Source of the DNA: Candidatus Multivoradales bacterium
GTDB taxonomy: Bacteria; Acidobacteriota; Thermoanaerobaculia; Multivoradales; JAHEKO01
Reading direction: 5' to 3'
DNA: 64,000 nt
Assembly: GCA_965223855.1 (NCBI GenBank)
Contig: CBDCXM010000009.1
Coordinates: forward strand, 2,432,001 to 2,496,000
Shown here: piece after piece, positions 28,521 to 39,200 of the stretch
How the letters are laid out: every line of letters begins with the position of its first letter
How positions within the stretch are numbered: the first letter of the stretch is position 1
Made by a program: the position numbers and the translations under genes
Notes under the pieces: generated by a model
What the model saw: the letters and a program-made list of their open reading frames with translations, nothing else
The model's database searches: none
What the model was told of the DNA's origin: nothing

Positions 28521-29403
28521 TGGCGGTGTACCAGCGAAGCTTCGAGCCCTGGAAGGGACCGCAGACTGCGGCGCGCTGGCGCTTTCTCGTGCCGGCTCGC
28601 TACGCTCTCGAGGATCTCTTCCGGTCGAAGCTCTTCCTCGTCTTCTTCACGTTCTGTTTCGTCCTTCCGCTGCTGGCTACGGCGGCGATCTACCTGCGGC
28701 ACAACACCGACTTCGTGGCGTTCCTGACCGCCGGCGGTGAGAACGTCGACGAGTGGATACCGATCGACGAGCTGTTCTTCGGCTTCTTCATGCGCGTCCA
28801 GGGGACGCTCGCCTTCCTGCTCGTCGTCTTCTCGGGGCCGCGGCTGGTGTCGCGCGACCTCGCGAACAACGGTCTCGCGCTCTATCTGTGCCGGCCGTTC
28901 AGCAAGACGCAGTATGTCGCCGCCAAGGCGACGGTGATCGCCGTTCTGCTCTCCGCGATCACCTGGATCCCGGGGCTCCTTCTCTGGGGCCTTCAGGTCG
29001 CCCTGGAAGGGTTCGGCTGGGCGGGCGAACACTGGCGCTCGGCGGTCGCGCTGGTGGTCGGCTCCTGGACCTGGATCGCGGTGCTGGCGCTGCTGTCGCT
29101 GGCGATCTCGGCGTGGGTGAAGTGGCGGCCTGTGGCAGGTTTCGTGCTGCTGCTGATCTACTTCGGCGGCTTCTTCTTCGCCCAGATCGTCTCCGCGCTC
29201 TTCCACACCGACGTGGGGCACCTGCTCGATCTGCATCACAACATCCGACGCGTCTGGACACAGCTCTTCGACACCTCCGCCCCGTTCTTCTTCACTCTCC
29301 CCGCCGGGGTGTCACCGGGCGCGGCCTGGGCGGCGCTCTTCGCGTTGGTGCTGGTAGCGACCTGGATGCTGGCGCGACGGATCCGCGCCTACGAGGTGGT
29401 GTC

Positions 29404-29407
<4 letters not shown>
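28520..29407 (+). CDS. ABC-2 type permease
   Basis: About 6 TM; [23 protein letters not shown]; translationally coupled to the ATPase gene. Confidence 0.85.
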
Positions 29408-30401
<994 letters not shown>

Positions 30402-30405
<4 letters not shown>

Positions 30406-31232
30406 ACGCGAGCGCGACCGACTGGCGGCTCACGGCGAGGCAGCTATGGGGAACCTGCCGACTCGACCTGCGGCGGGCGCTGCTCTCACCCCGCTCGCTG
30501 GCGCTCTATCTCCTCGCCTTCGCCCCCGTGATGCTGGTGACGATCTGGGCGCTCCTTCCGTTCCCGGTGGAGGAGTTCTCGGGCCCGGCAGAGGGGGTGA
30601 AGGTCTTCACGGCGCTGTTCGAGTTCTACATCCGCGTGTCGATCTTCTTCAGCACTCTCTTCCTGTTCGTGAGCCTCTACCGATCGGAGATCCTCGAGCG
30701 GAGCCTCCACTACTACCTGCTCACGCCGGCGCGCCGCGAAGTGGTGGCGCTGGGCAAGTATCTGGCCGCCTGGATCGCCACCGCCGGCGTCTTCATGGTC
30801 AGCACGACGGTGATGTTCGTCCTCGTCGCTTCGCCGTGGGGGCCCGCCGCGCTCGGCAACTATCTCTTCTCCGGGCCCGGTCTCGTCAACCTGCTGGGCT
30901 ACCTCGGGGTCGTCGTTCTCGCCTGCGCCGGTTACGGAGCGCTCTTCCTCCTGGTCGGGACGCTCTTCCGAAACCCGGTGATCCCCGCGGCTCTCATCTG
31001 GGGGTGGGAAGCGATCAATCTGGCTCTGCCGCCGGTTCTCAAGCCGTTCAGCGTCATTCATCACCTGCAGTCGCTCTACCCGATTCCGGTGGCCCGGCCG
31101 GTCCTCGAGGTCGTCGTCTCTCCCGCGCCCGCCTGGCTCGCGGTGGTGGGCGCCATCGGCTTCACCGCGCTCGTCCTCTTTCTCGCCTCCTGGAAGGTGA
31201 GACGGATGGACCTGGCCTACGGCGGAGAGTAG
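30402..31232 (+). CDS. ABC-2 type permease
   Basis: About 6 TM; [25 protein letters not shown]. Confidence 0.85.
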
Positions 31233-31249
31233 GCAGGCTGGGAGCGGCG

Positions 31250-32260
31250 TCAGCGCGCGTCAGGGCAGTCCGTCACCCAGTGCTCGGCGCCGAGCACGAG
31301 GTCCTGCCCGTCGAAGAACTCCTCGACCAGGTCACCGCTCTCGTAGCGGTTGCAGCAGAACTCCGACGGCGCAGGCGGTGCCGCAGCGTTGGCGATCAGC
31401 ATGTGCTGGCCGCTCGCCTCGAAGGCGGGGGAGAAGACGTTGTTGCGAATGGTGCAACGGGTCGCCTGACCGCCGCAGCGCAGGGTGTAGTGCCCCCACC
31501 GTTCGAAGTAGTTGTCTTCGATCAGGAGATCGACCTCGGAGTGGTTGGTGCCGAAGACGATGTCTGTGCGGCCGATGTCGGGGTTGTCGGGGTCGATGTA
31601 GTTGCCGCGTATCCGGACGTGGCCGCCGGCGAAGGTCGCCTCGCCGATCTGGAAGCCGTCGGCGTGCGAGGACGGCGTGCCGACCAGGGTGTGCATGTAG
31701 TTCTCCGAGATGACGACGCCGGAGAGGTCTCCCTGAATGAAGAAGAAGTCCTCGCAGCCGACGATTTCGTTGCGGTGGACCTGCGCCCGAGGTGCGCCGC
31801 TCTCGAAGTAGAACGCCTTGCTGGTCGAGGAGCAGTCGATGCGGCTGTACTCGAGTACGAAGTCGCGACTCCCCCCTTCCACCTTGATCGGGTAGAGGCC
31901 GCCGCAGTCGATCTCCGTGTTGCGGATCACGACATCGTCGGCCGCGATCCGCAGACAGCCGTCGACGACGACGTTCTCGATCAGGGTCGGCGCGGTGATC
32001 GTCGAGGGGCCGGTGTAGGGCGTCGTCGGTGCCGGGCCGACCACCCCGACTCCCAGTGTCACCCCCGCGTCGGCGGGCACTACGTGGGCGTAGGGGGTTC
32101 GCGTCTCGACGCTCCAGCCGCTCGTGTCGCCGCTCTCGAAGCCGTCGGCGAAGATCAAGGTCGAACGACAGTCCTGGGCCCGGGCGCTCGACGCCGGGGC
32201 CACAGCGAGGAGCGACGCGACGATCCACGTGGTCGTTCGGGCACGAGTTCGGCAGGACAT
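31250..32260 (-). CDS. Secreted right-handed beta-helix (pectin-lyase-like) protein with N-terminal IFADGFESGDTSGW tag
   Basis: Signal peptide ending ARA-Q; beta-helix coils (VVIRNTEI, VHRNEIVG, VISENYMH, HADGFQI, IRGNYI, IEDNYF, IRNNVF). Confidence 0.75.
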   Translation of the reverse strand: MSCRTRARTTTWIVASLLAVAPASSARAQDCRSTLIFADGFESGDTSGWSVETRTPYAHVVPADAGVTLGVGVVGPAPTTPYTGPSTITAPTLIENVVVDGCLRIAADDVVIRNTEIDCGGLYPIKVEGGSRDFVLEYSRIDCSSTSKAFYFESGAPRAQVHRNEIVGCEDFFFIQGDLSGVVISENYMHTLVGTPSSHADGFQIGEATFAGGHVRIRGNYIDPDNPDIGRTDIVFGTNHSEVDLLIEDNYFERWGHYTLRCGGQATRCTIRNNVFSPAFEASGQHMLIANAAAPPAPSEFCCNRYESGDLVEEFFDGQDLVLGAEHWVTDCPDAR

Positions 32261-32335
32261 CGGCCGAGACTAGCTATCGCGCCCCAGTCCCGATTGTGGA
32301 AAATGACCAGTCGGGGCCGATCGGGACGCCTTTCG

Positions 32336-32363
32336 GCGGGAACTTTCCCGCGCCGGAGTCGTT
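32336..32363 (+). promoter_or_regulatory. ECF-type promoter GGAAC-N17-GTT overlapped by a perfect 7-2-7 inverted repeat
   Basis: GGAAC 32339-32343, GTT 32361-32363; GCGGGAA-CT-TTCCCGC at 32336-32351; upstream of the GGAGG RBS and ATG 32391. Confidence 0.5.
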
Positions 32364-32390
32364 GGTTCCTCGACAACGGAGGATGCACTC

Positions 32391-33710
32391 ATGAGTCGCA
32401 GCTTTGTCGTTTCCGTTTCGCCGCGCCGGGTCTGCCGCGGTGCTCTTCTTGCGATCGTGCTGCTGGGCGCGACGGCGCTGCCTGCCGGAACGGTCGAGGA
32501 GCTGCTCCATCGAGGGAGCCTCGAGGAGGCCGAGCGCCTGATGGAGCGATCCTCGAAGGAGGCGGCAGGTGACGCACTGGCGTCCGGCAGGCTGGCCCTC
32601 TACGGTAATCGACTCGACCTGGCCGAGCGCTACCTCACGAGCGCTCTCGAGTCCGCAACTTCGGACGGCGATCCTTCGCGGGCCGATGCCGCCCGGGCTC
32701 TGGCGGAGGTTCATTCACGACGTGGAGAGTTCGGCGCCGCCGCTTCGCTCCTCGAGGAGGTGCATCCGGCCGCGGCGTCACAGCTGAGGAGCTTCGGCGG
32801 CCGGACTCCCTACGCCCTGAGCGAGGCGTCGCCGCGATCGAGCCGGATTCCGTTCGTGCAGACCGACCCGCTGCCGCTGCTCGAGGCCCGTATCGACGGC
32901 GGGGACCCCGTCTATCTGCTGCTCGATACCGGTGCCGGGCAGTTGATCCTCGACAGCGAGTTCGCGGCCGAGCGCGGCCTCGCGACCTTCGGCAGTGGAA
33001 GCGGCACCGTCGCCGGTGGTCAGCAGGCGGAGTACGAGCTCGGGGCGATCCGCTCGCTCGGGCTGGGTGAGTGGACGCTCGAGGACCTGCCGGTGAAGAT
33101 CCTGCCCACGCGACGACTGGCTCCAGTGGCTGGAGGGAGGACGGTCGACGGGATTCTCGGCACCCACGTGCTCTCCCGCTTCAGGGCGACGATCGACTAT
33201 CCGGGAGGGGTGCTCCTCCTGCAGCGACTCGGGGAAGGGGAGTCGCCGAACATTCCCGACTGCGCCTTCGAGATGCCTTTCTGGATGGCCGGCGATCACT
33301 TCCTGCTGGCCCGGGGCACGGTGGGCGATCTCGAGCCGGGTCTCTTCCTCGTCGACACCGGTCTCGCGGGACCGGCCTTCGCGGCGCCGCGATCGACCCT
33401 CGAGGCGCTCGGTGTCGAGCTCGAGGAGACGCCTGCGATGGAGGGGCTCGGCGGAGCGGGCAAGGTGTCGGTGAAGCCGTTCGACCTCGACCGCCTGAGC
33501 CTGGGGGCGGTCGAGCGGCAAGGACTCGTGGGCCTCGCCGGAGCCTTTCCGGAGAGCCTCCCGCAGTCCCTCGGCTTGCCGGTCGTCGGCCTGATCTCCC
33601 ATGCCTTCTTCCGCCCCTACGCGCTCTCCTTCGATTTCGGCTCGATGCGCCTTCGGATGACGCCCGAGGGTTGCAGGGCTCCAGTCAGCGAGTCGGGGGC
33701 AGAGGGGTGA
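32391..33710 (+). CDS. Secreted TPR + tandem retropepsin-like aspartyl protease
   Basis: LLDTGA..DGILG and LVDTG..VGLIS; N-terminal helical repeats; signal peptide. Confidence 0.85.
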   Translation: MSRSFVVSVSPRRVCRGALLAIVLLGATALPAGTVEELLHRGSLEEAERLMERSSKEAAGDALASGRLALYGNRLDLAERYLTSALESATSDGDPSRADAARALAEVHSRRGEFGAAASLLEEVHPAAASQLRSFGGRTPYALSEASPRSSRIPFVQTDPLPLLEARIDGGDPVYLLLDTGAGQLILDSEFAAERGLATFGSGSGTVAGGQQAEYELGAIRSLGLGEWTLEDLPVKILPTRRLAPVAGGRTVDGILGTHVLSRFRATIDYPGGVLLLQRLGEGESPNIPDCAFEMPFWMAGDHFLLARGTVGDLEPGLFLVDTGLAGPAFAAPRSTLEALGVELEETPAMEGLGGAGKVSVKPFDLDRLSLGAVERQGLVGLAGAFPESLPQSLGLPVVGLISHAFFRPYALSFDFGSMRLRMTPEGCRAPVSESGAEG

Positions 33711-33777
33711 GGATGACGGCCGCGGTGTAGGCTTCCTCGCGAGGGTCGTCCGACCCGCTTTACGAGAGGAGCCGCCC

Positions 33778-34152
33778 ATGCGTCTGGGACATTTTTCGAT
33801 CAGCCTCGCCGTCAGTGACCTGGCCGCTTCGCGCGCCTTCTACGAAGCGCTCGGCTTCACGAAGAGCGGCGGCGAGCCCGAGCAGGGTTGGCTGATCCTG
33901 CAGAACGGCGACAGCACCCTGGGACTGTTCCAGGGGATGTTCGAGGAGAACATCCTCACCTTCAACCCGGGCTGGGACGCGCAGTGCAACCGGCTCGAGG
34001 AGTTCGACGATGTGCGCGACATCCAGCGCCGCCTGAAGGAGCACGGCATCGCCCTCGCCAGCGAAGCGGACGAGTCGTCGACCGGTCCGGCCAGCCTGAC
34101 GGTCAAAGACCCCGACGGCAACGTGGTGTTGATCGATCAGCATGTCGATTGA
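33778..34152 (+). CDS. VOC/glyoxalase family protein
   Basis: FSISLAVSDLAASRAFYEALGF, GLFQGMFEENILTFNPGWD, DPDGNVVLIDQHV. Confidence 0.9.
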   Translation: MRLGHFSISLAVSDLAASRAFYEALGFTKSGGEPEQGWLILQNGDSTLGLFQGMFEENILTFNPGWDAQCNRLEEFDDVRDIQRRLKEHGIALASEADESSTGPASLTVKDPDGNVVLIDQHVD

Positions 34153-34585
34153 CTCCGGAGTGCGAGCGGTGAGTTCGGCGCGGCGAAGCCTGCAGCTCGA
34201 AGAGCTGGAGGGGCGCTACGCGGTCTGCCGGCTCGACGCGGCGGCCGCGGTCCCCGACTGGGCGCACGGTGAGCTGTGTTCGATCACCCGCACCGCCGAC
34301 GAGCTGTCGATCGTCACCCTCGAGGAAGGGATCCCGGGCTCGGTCGAGGCGGACGGAGACTGGACGGTCTTCAAGCTTCTCGGACGGTTTCATTTCTCGG
34401 AGATCGGCATCCTGCAGTCGTTCGCCGAGCCTCTGGCGGCGGTGGGAATAGGGATCTTCGTGCTCTCGACCTTCGATACCGACTATCTGATGGTCAAGCA
34501 CCAGGTGCGCCATAAGGCTGCCCGGGTCCTCGAGCGTGCCGGTCACACGGTGCGTTTGCGCGCCGTCGACCCCAGCCCGGCCTGA
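34142..34585 (+). CDS. ACT-domain protein
   Basis: SITRTADELSIV, GIL..FAEPLAAVGIGIFVLSTFDTDYLMVK; start may be GTG 34169. Confidence 0.85.
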   Translation: MSIDSGVRAVSSARRSLQLEELEGRYAVCRLDAAAAVPDWAHGELCSITRTADELSIVTLEEGIPGSVEADGDWTVFKLLGRFHFSEIGILQSFAEPLAAVGIGIFVLSTFDTDYLMVKHQVRHKAARVLERAGHTVRLRAVDPSPA

Positions 34586-34642
34586 CGCGGAGACTCAGGG
34601 TGCGGGACTCGGGGTGCCGGCCTGCCGCGTGAGAACAGCAGG

Positions 34643-35983
34643 CTAGGCGTTCGGGTCGGGGGAGGTACCCATGATCTGGTCGAGCGTCAGCCCGCGCGAG
34701 CGCTCGATCCGGCGCCGTCGGCGCTCGAACTGGTCGGCGGCGAAGTCGGTGAAGGGGTCGAGCTCGAGACCGAACGGGACGTCGGGAAGGTACTGGTCGA
34801 ACACCTCCTGAACGATTCCGAGCGCCGGCTCGAGGAGCGCCTCCATCGTCGCCTCGATCGTCCGCCACACCGGCTCGCCGTGCTCGGCGACCAGCCGGGA
34901 CAGGAGGAAGACGCCGTATGCCAGGTGACGCGACTCGTCGGCCTGCAGGTGCCGCACGAGCGTTTGCATCCCGGGAAGGATGCTGCGCTCTTCCAGGATC
35001 GAGTAGTAGGTGTGGTAGCCGGTCTCGGCGAGCACACCCTCGACGATCATGTTGTAGGTGGTCGACGCTTCGGCGACTGCGTGGGGTGAGGCGTCGGTGC
35101 GGAGCCTCCCCATCGCCTCGGGCAGTGCATCGCTGAAAATCCGCGCGTGGCTCGGCGTCAGCAGTTCCTCGAGACCCGTCGGGCTCCCGGCCACCTCATC
35201 GAAGAATCGTCGGAACGTCTCGACGTGCTTTGCCTCCTCCCACAAGAACGAGGTCAGGTACATCTCCTCCTCGAGTCGCTCCTCGGCCGCCACCACCTGG
35301 ATCAACGGCAGCAGGTCGAGGGCGACCGACTCTTCGCCGGCGCCGAACAGGGTGGCGAGCTGGAGAAGGAGGCGCTGCTCGCCGGGGTCGAGCTCGAGCC
35401 AGTCGCTCCGATCGCGGGTGAGGTCGACGTCGGTCGGGTTCCAGATGCCGTGGCGCTTGGCCTTCTGCCACAGCACCATCGGCGGAGACTCACGGGCCAG
35501 TCCCTCCCCGCTCAGGCTCCGATAGGAGCGGTGGACGGTTGCGGCCTCGCCGCGCGCACCCGCCTCCTGGCCCGGGTCGGGGAACGTCGTTCGGAGGCTT
35601 CGGGCGCAGGCGACCAGCTCCCTCGCTGCGGCGGTGTGGGGTACCAGCTCGATCAGCCGCCCCCTTTCGACGAGGATCCGCTTCTGAAGCAGAGCCGGGA
35701 TGGCGCCGATCTCTCCTTCGAGCACCGCTTTCCAGGTGGCGAGCGGCGCTTCGAGCAGGAAACGGGCGGTTCGCCGATCTTCATCGGTGGCTCTCCGGGC
35801 CGCTCGGCACTCGCCCTGCTCGAGGTCGAGGAAGACGGCCTCTTCGGGGGCGCCGGCCCGGGCGAGGACGAGCGAACCCCGCCAGCGGCTGGCGGCTCGA
35901 CGGTAGGCGTCGCTGCCCCTGAGGGCGACGCCCAGCTTCTCGGCCCAGTCGTCCGAGAACACTCGGGAAGCTTCGGCGGACAT
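34643..35983 (-). CDS. SCP2 lipid-binding domain fused to R2-like ligand-binding Mn/Fe oxidase (R2lox)
   Basis: N-terminal VFSDDWA..YRRAASRWRG..FLDLEQGECR..W..VLEG (SCP2-like); C-terminal LWQKAKRHGIWNP, GEESV, WEEAKH, YNMIVEGVLAETGY, DESRH. Confidence 0.88.
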   Translation of the reverse strand: MSAEASRVFSDDWAEKLGVALRGSDAYRRAASRWRGSLVLARAGAPEEAVFLDLEQGECRAARRATDEDRRTARFLLEAPLATWKAVLEGEIGAIPALLQKRILVERGRLIELVPHTAAARELVACARSLRTTFPDPGQEAGARGEAATVHRSYRSLSGEGLARESPPMVLWQKAKRHGIWNPTDVDLTRDRSDWLELDPGEQRLLLQLATLFGAGEESVALDLLPLIQVVAAEERLEEEMYLTSFLWEEAKHVETFRRFFDEVAGSPTGLEELLTPSHARIFSDALPEAMGRLRTDASPHAVAEASTTYNMIVEGVLAETGYHTYYSILEERSILPGMQTLVRHLQADESRHLAYGVFLLSRLVAEHGEPVWRTIEATMEALLEPALGIVQEVFDQYLPDVPFGLELDPFTDFAADQFERRRRRIERSRGLTLDQIMGTSPDPNA

Positions 35984-36062
35984 CGCCCCATCGTATCCGT
36001 CCCGGTAGCACCGCCGGTGTGGGGGTACCGGTGGCGGGCAGTGCGTGAGAAGTTCAGGCTCG

Positions 36063-36506
36063 ATGGAAGGAGCCCGGTTCAGAATCCGGCGAGCCAAACC
36101 GAGCGATCTGCCGTCGCTGCGACGGCTGGCAGAAGAGCTCAGCGCAGCTGCGCCTCGTGAGACGGTCGAGGCGATCCTCGGCGCAGGGAGGCCGGCGTCC
36201 CAGGAGATCTTCGTGGCCGACGGGGTAGAGCTCCTCGGCTGGATTCACGTCATCGAGGCCGATCGGCTTACGGTAGGCGGCATGGCGGAGGTCGTGGGGC
36301 TGGTGGTTCGAGAGGACGAACGCCGCGCAGGGGTAGGCGGCAGCCTCGTCGACGCCGCCCGAAGCTGGGCACGGCGAAGAGGCCGCACCCGGCTGCGGGT
36401 CAGGGTGCGCAGGGAGCGGGCTTCGGCGCGGCGCTTCTACGAAGCCCTGGGGTTCGAGACGAAGAAGCGACAGGTCGTGCTCGACCTGCCGCTCGACTCC
36501 GGGTAG
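36063..36506 (+). CDS. GNAT family N-acetyltransferase
   Basis: LVVREDERRAGVGGSLV, ARRFYEALGF. Confidence 0.88.
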   Translation: MEGARFRIRRAKPSDLPSLRRLAEELSAAAPRETVEAILGAGRPASQEIFVADGVELLGWIHVIEADRLTVGGMAEVVGLVVREDERRAGVGGSLVDAARSWARRRGRTRLRVRVRRERASARRFYEALGFETKKRQVVLDLPLDSG

Positions 36507-36517
36507 CGGGAGACGCG

Positions 36518-36929
36518 GTGTCGAGGCATCGATGGGAAACACCACTCGCCTGGATCTCGCTCGCCACCCTGGCGGTCTATGCGCCCGCCGAAACCTACGC
36601 CTCGCGACACGATCTCGGCGATCCGAACTATCTGGTCGATGTCGTGGCGATGCCTGCTCCTGCTCCTTGCCGGGGTGCGCTCACTGCGGGCGAAACCGGC
36701 CTCCGGTGTGGCGTTCCTGACCGCGGCCTGGGGATGGTGTGGCGCTCTCGCCTGGCGCAGCTACTTCCTGCGGGTGGTCTCGCGCGAGCGCGAGCTCGGC
36801 ATCTACGCACCCGGGCAGGAGTGGCAGGAGACCGTGCTCGGGTGGGCCCTCCTCTACTCGCTGGCGGTCCTGTGCGCCTGTCTGTGGCTCGCCTGGCGGG
36901 GTGGGCGGCCGGGCGCCGGCGAGCGCTGA
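36518..36929 (+). pseudogene. Small 4-TM membrane protein gene interrupted by a frameshift at about 36653
   Basis: Hydrophobic frame from 36518 up to ..VDVVAM continues in the +1 frame as LLLLAGVRSLR..; sequence reads ATG-C-CTG.CTC.CTG. Confidence 0.65.
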
Positions 36930-37079
36930 GCCTGAGCCGGCCGCCGGTCCGAGCTCGGCATCGAGACGGCTGACCAGGTGTCTCCAGGCGAGATAGTAGA
37001 ACGCTGGTCGAACTGCCGCTGCGCGGCGTGAGGTCCCGGCGGCTGGCCACGGCGACGGCTCCGGGGCACTATTGGCGGC

Positions 37080-37553
37080 ATGAGCGATCGATGGAAACTC
37101 GTCGTGGCCCTCGCGCTGCCGCTTCTCGTGGGTGCGCTGTCGGGAGCCGCGACGACCGAAGGGGTCCAGAGCTGGTATCCGGGCCTCGAGAAGCCCGCCT
37201 TCAACCCTCCATCGTGGGTCTTCGGCCCGGTCTGGACCTTGCTCTACCTGATGATGGGGTTCGCGGCCTTCCGCATCTGGAGGCGTGCCGGCTCGACTTC
37301 CGGGGTCAGGCTCGCCCTCGCGCTCTTCTGCTGCCAACTGGTGCTCAACGGCCTCTGGTCGATCCTCTTCTTCGGGCTCCGCGCTCCGGGGTGGGCCTTC
37401 GCCGAGATCGTGGCGCTGTGGTTGGCGATCGTCGCGACCATCTGGAGCTTTCGCCGCGTCGAGGCGGCAAGCGTCTGGTGGCTCCTGCCGTACCTCGCGT
37501 GGGTGTCCTTCGCCGCCGTCCTCAACTACTCGCTGTGGACGTTGAACTCATGA
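37080..37553 (+). CDS. tspO: TspO/MBR tryptophan-rich sensory protein
   Basis: WYPGLEKPAFNPPSWVFGPVWTLLY, QLVLNGLWSILFFG, LLPYLAWVSFAAVLN. Confidence 0.95.
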   Translation: MSDRWKLVVALALPLLVGALSGAATTEGVQSWYPGLEKPAFNPPSWVFGPVWTLLYLMMGFAAFRIWRRAGSTSGVRLALALFCCQLVLNGLWSILFFGLRAPGWAFAEIVALWLAIVATIWSFRRVEAASVWWLLPYLAWVSFAAVLNYSLWTLNS

Positions 37554-38039
37554 TGGCGGCGTGGAGCGGTCGCGGCGGGCCGAGTCGTGCTCGTCGAGAG
37601 AGGTGGCGATCATCGTCGCCTGCATCTGGAGCACCCGGCGACGGTTTCCCGCAGCCTCGGCCCACACCTCGCCGGTGCAGGCGGTGAGAGTCCGTCCGGG
37701 GCGCAGCACCCGACCGACGGCGACGAAGCGGTCGCCGACGGCGGGGGAGAGCAGGTTGACTTTGAACTCGACCGACAACACCTCCTGCTCGGCGGCCATC
37801 AGCGAGAAGGCGGCGTAGCCGCACGCGCTGTCGGCCACCGCGGTGATCGCCGCCGCGTGCAGGAAGCCGTGCTGCTGGGTCAGGGCTTCCGAGTAGGGCA
37901 GTGCGATCTCCACCTCGCCGGCTCGCACCGAGATCAGCTCAGCTCCCAGCAGAGCCATCATCTTCTGCCGCGCGAAGCTCTCGCGAACGCGCGCCTCGAA
38001 AGCGGGGTTTCGCGGCTGGAAGAGTGTCGGATCGGCCAT
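37548..38039 (-). CDS. PaaI family thioesterase
   Basis: LTQQHGFLHAAAITAVADSACGYAA, VEFKVNLLSPA. Confidence 0.92.
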   Translation of the reverse strand: MADPTLFQPRNPAFEARVRESFARQKMMALLGAELISVRAGEVEIALPYSEALTQQHGFLHAAAITAVADSACGYAAFSLMAAEQEVLSVEFKVNLLSPAVGDRFVAVGRVLRPGRTLTACTGEVWAEAAGNRRRVLQMQATMIATSLDEHDSARRDRSTPPS

Positions 38040-38110
38040 GGCGCTTCGCGACGGGAGGGTGGTCGCTGCCCCGATCCTGAGCCGGGGAACCCAGTCGCCT
38101 TGTGGGCACC

Positions 38111-39058
38111 TTACAGGCTGGGACCCGAGGTCGTCGTTGGGCCCTGCCGGTCCCAGTGTCGGCGCAAGGACGCCATCACATCTTCGAGGCGGCCGAAGAT
38201 CACGTCGAGATGGTCTTCGCCGTCGAAGAAGCGAGCGTCGCACCCCGGCACAGCGGCGGCGACAAAGCGCGCCATCGCCACCGGCACATGGACGTCCTGC
38301 GTCCCGTGCCAGAGCACAACCCTGTCGGGAGCAAGGGCGTCGAGCGGGAAGCCCCACGGCCGGGTGAACAGGTAGGCGTCGAAGGCCGCGCCGCGACTTC
38401 CCTGGCGAAAGGCCTCGAGAGTCTCTTCCACATAGAGGCGCGCCACTTCCGGCCGGCGTCGACTCTCGGGGAGAGCGCGGGCGAAACCCTCTACCACCCG
38501 CTCGAGCTTGCCGCCGTCGTCGAGAGCTCGTCGATGCCGGCCGAGGGCGAGATAGAGCAGGGGGCGCACGAGGCCGGGGGCGAGTCCCGCGAGCCGGAAC
38601 TGCAGTCGATTGGCCGGCATCATGCCGCGGGTACCCAGGGGGTCGATCGGGCCGAGCCCGGCGAGCACGCCACAGCTTCTCACCCGATCGGGTAGCGCAT
38701 GCAGCGAGGCCAGGGCATACGGGCCTCCGCCCGAAGGGCCGAGCACTCCGAACTGCTCGAGCTCCAGGGCATCGGCGACTCGTGCCGCGTCTCCGGGCCA
38801 GGCGGCGAGATGGCGCCGGGGTTCGAAGTCCGACCGGCCCATGCCGGGTCGGTCGATCCCGATCAGTCGGATGCCGGCGCGCCGGGCGGCCTGGTGGGCG
38901 ATCGACACTTCCAGTCTCGAACCGGGATGGCCGTGGCAGTGGAGGAACGGAGCGCCCTCGGGATCTCCCGCTTCGGCGAAGGCGATGCGCCGACCGTCGG
39001 GAAGGGTGAGCCGTCCGGCTTGCTCACGAAGGGGTTCGTCGAGCGTGAGTCTGTTCAT
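38111..39058 (-). CDS. Alpha/beta fold hydrolase
   Basis: HGHPGSR, DRPGMGRS, GPSGGGPYA nucleophile elbow, WHGTQD, GEDH. Confidence 0.9.
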   Translation of the reverse strand: MNRLTLDEPLREQAGRLTLPDGRRIAFAEAGDPEGAPFLHCHGHPGSRLEVSIAHQAARRAGIRLIGIDRPGMGRSDFEPRRHLAAWPGDAARVADALELEQFGVLGPSGGGPYALASLHALPDRVRSCGVLAGLGPIDPLGTRGMMPANRLQFRLAGLAPGLVRPLLYLALGRHRRALDDGGKLERVVEGFARALPESRRRPEVARLYVEETLEAFRQGSRGAAFDAYLFTRPWGFPLDALAPDRVVLWHGTQDVHVPVAMARFVAAAVPGCDARFFDGEDHLDVIFGRLEDVMASLRRHWDRQGPTTTSGPSL

Positions 39059-39200
39059 CGTCGATTCTCCTCTCGAAGCGCAGTGGGCCGGAGGGGCCGG
39101 CCCCGCTCGTCGAAGAGGTCTACGCCTCCGGTTCGGCTGCCGATCCGGAGGTGGGACCGGTGGTTCGTGTCGCGGGACGAACGACAGGGACCGTACATCG

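Noticed and set aside
34643-35983. Ribonucleotide reductase beta subunit (nrdB/nrdF)
   Set aside because: Motifs (KAKRHGIWNP, YNMIVEGVLAETGY) are R2lox-type and no alpha-subunit gene is nearby.
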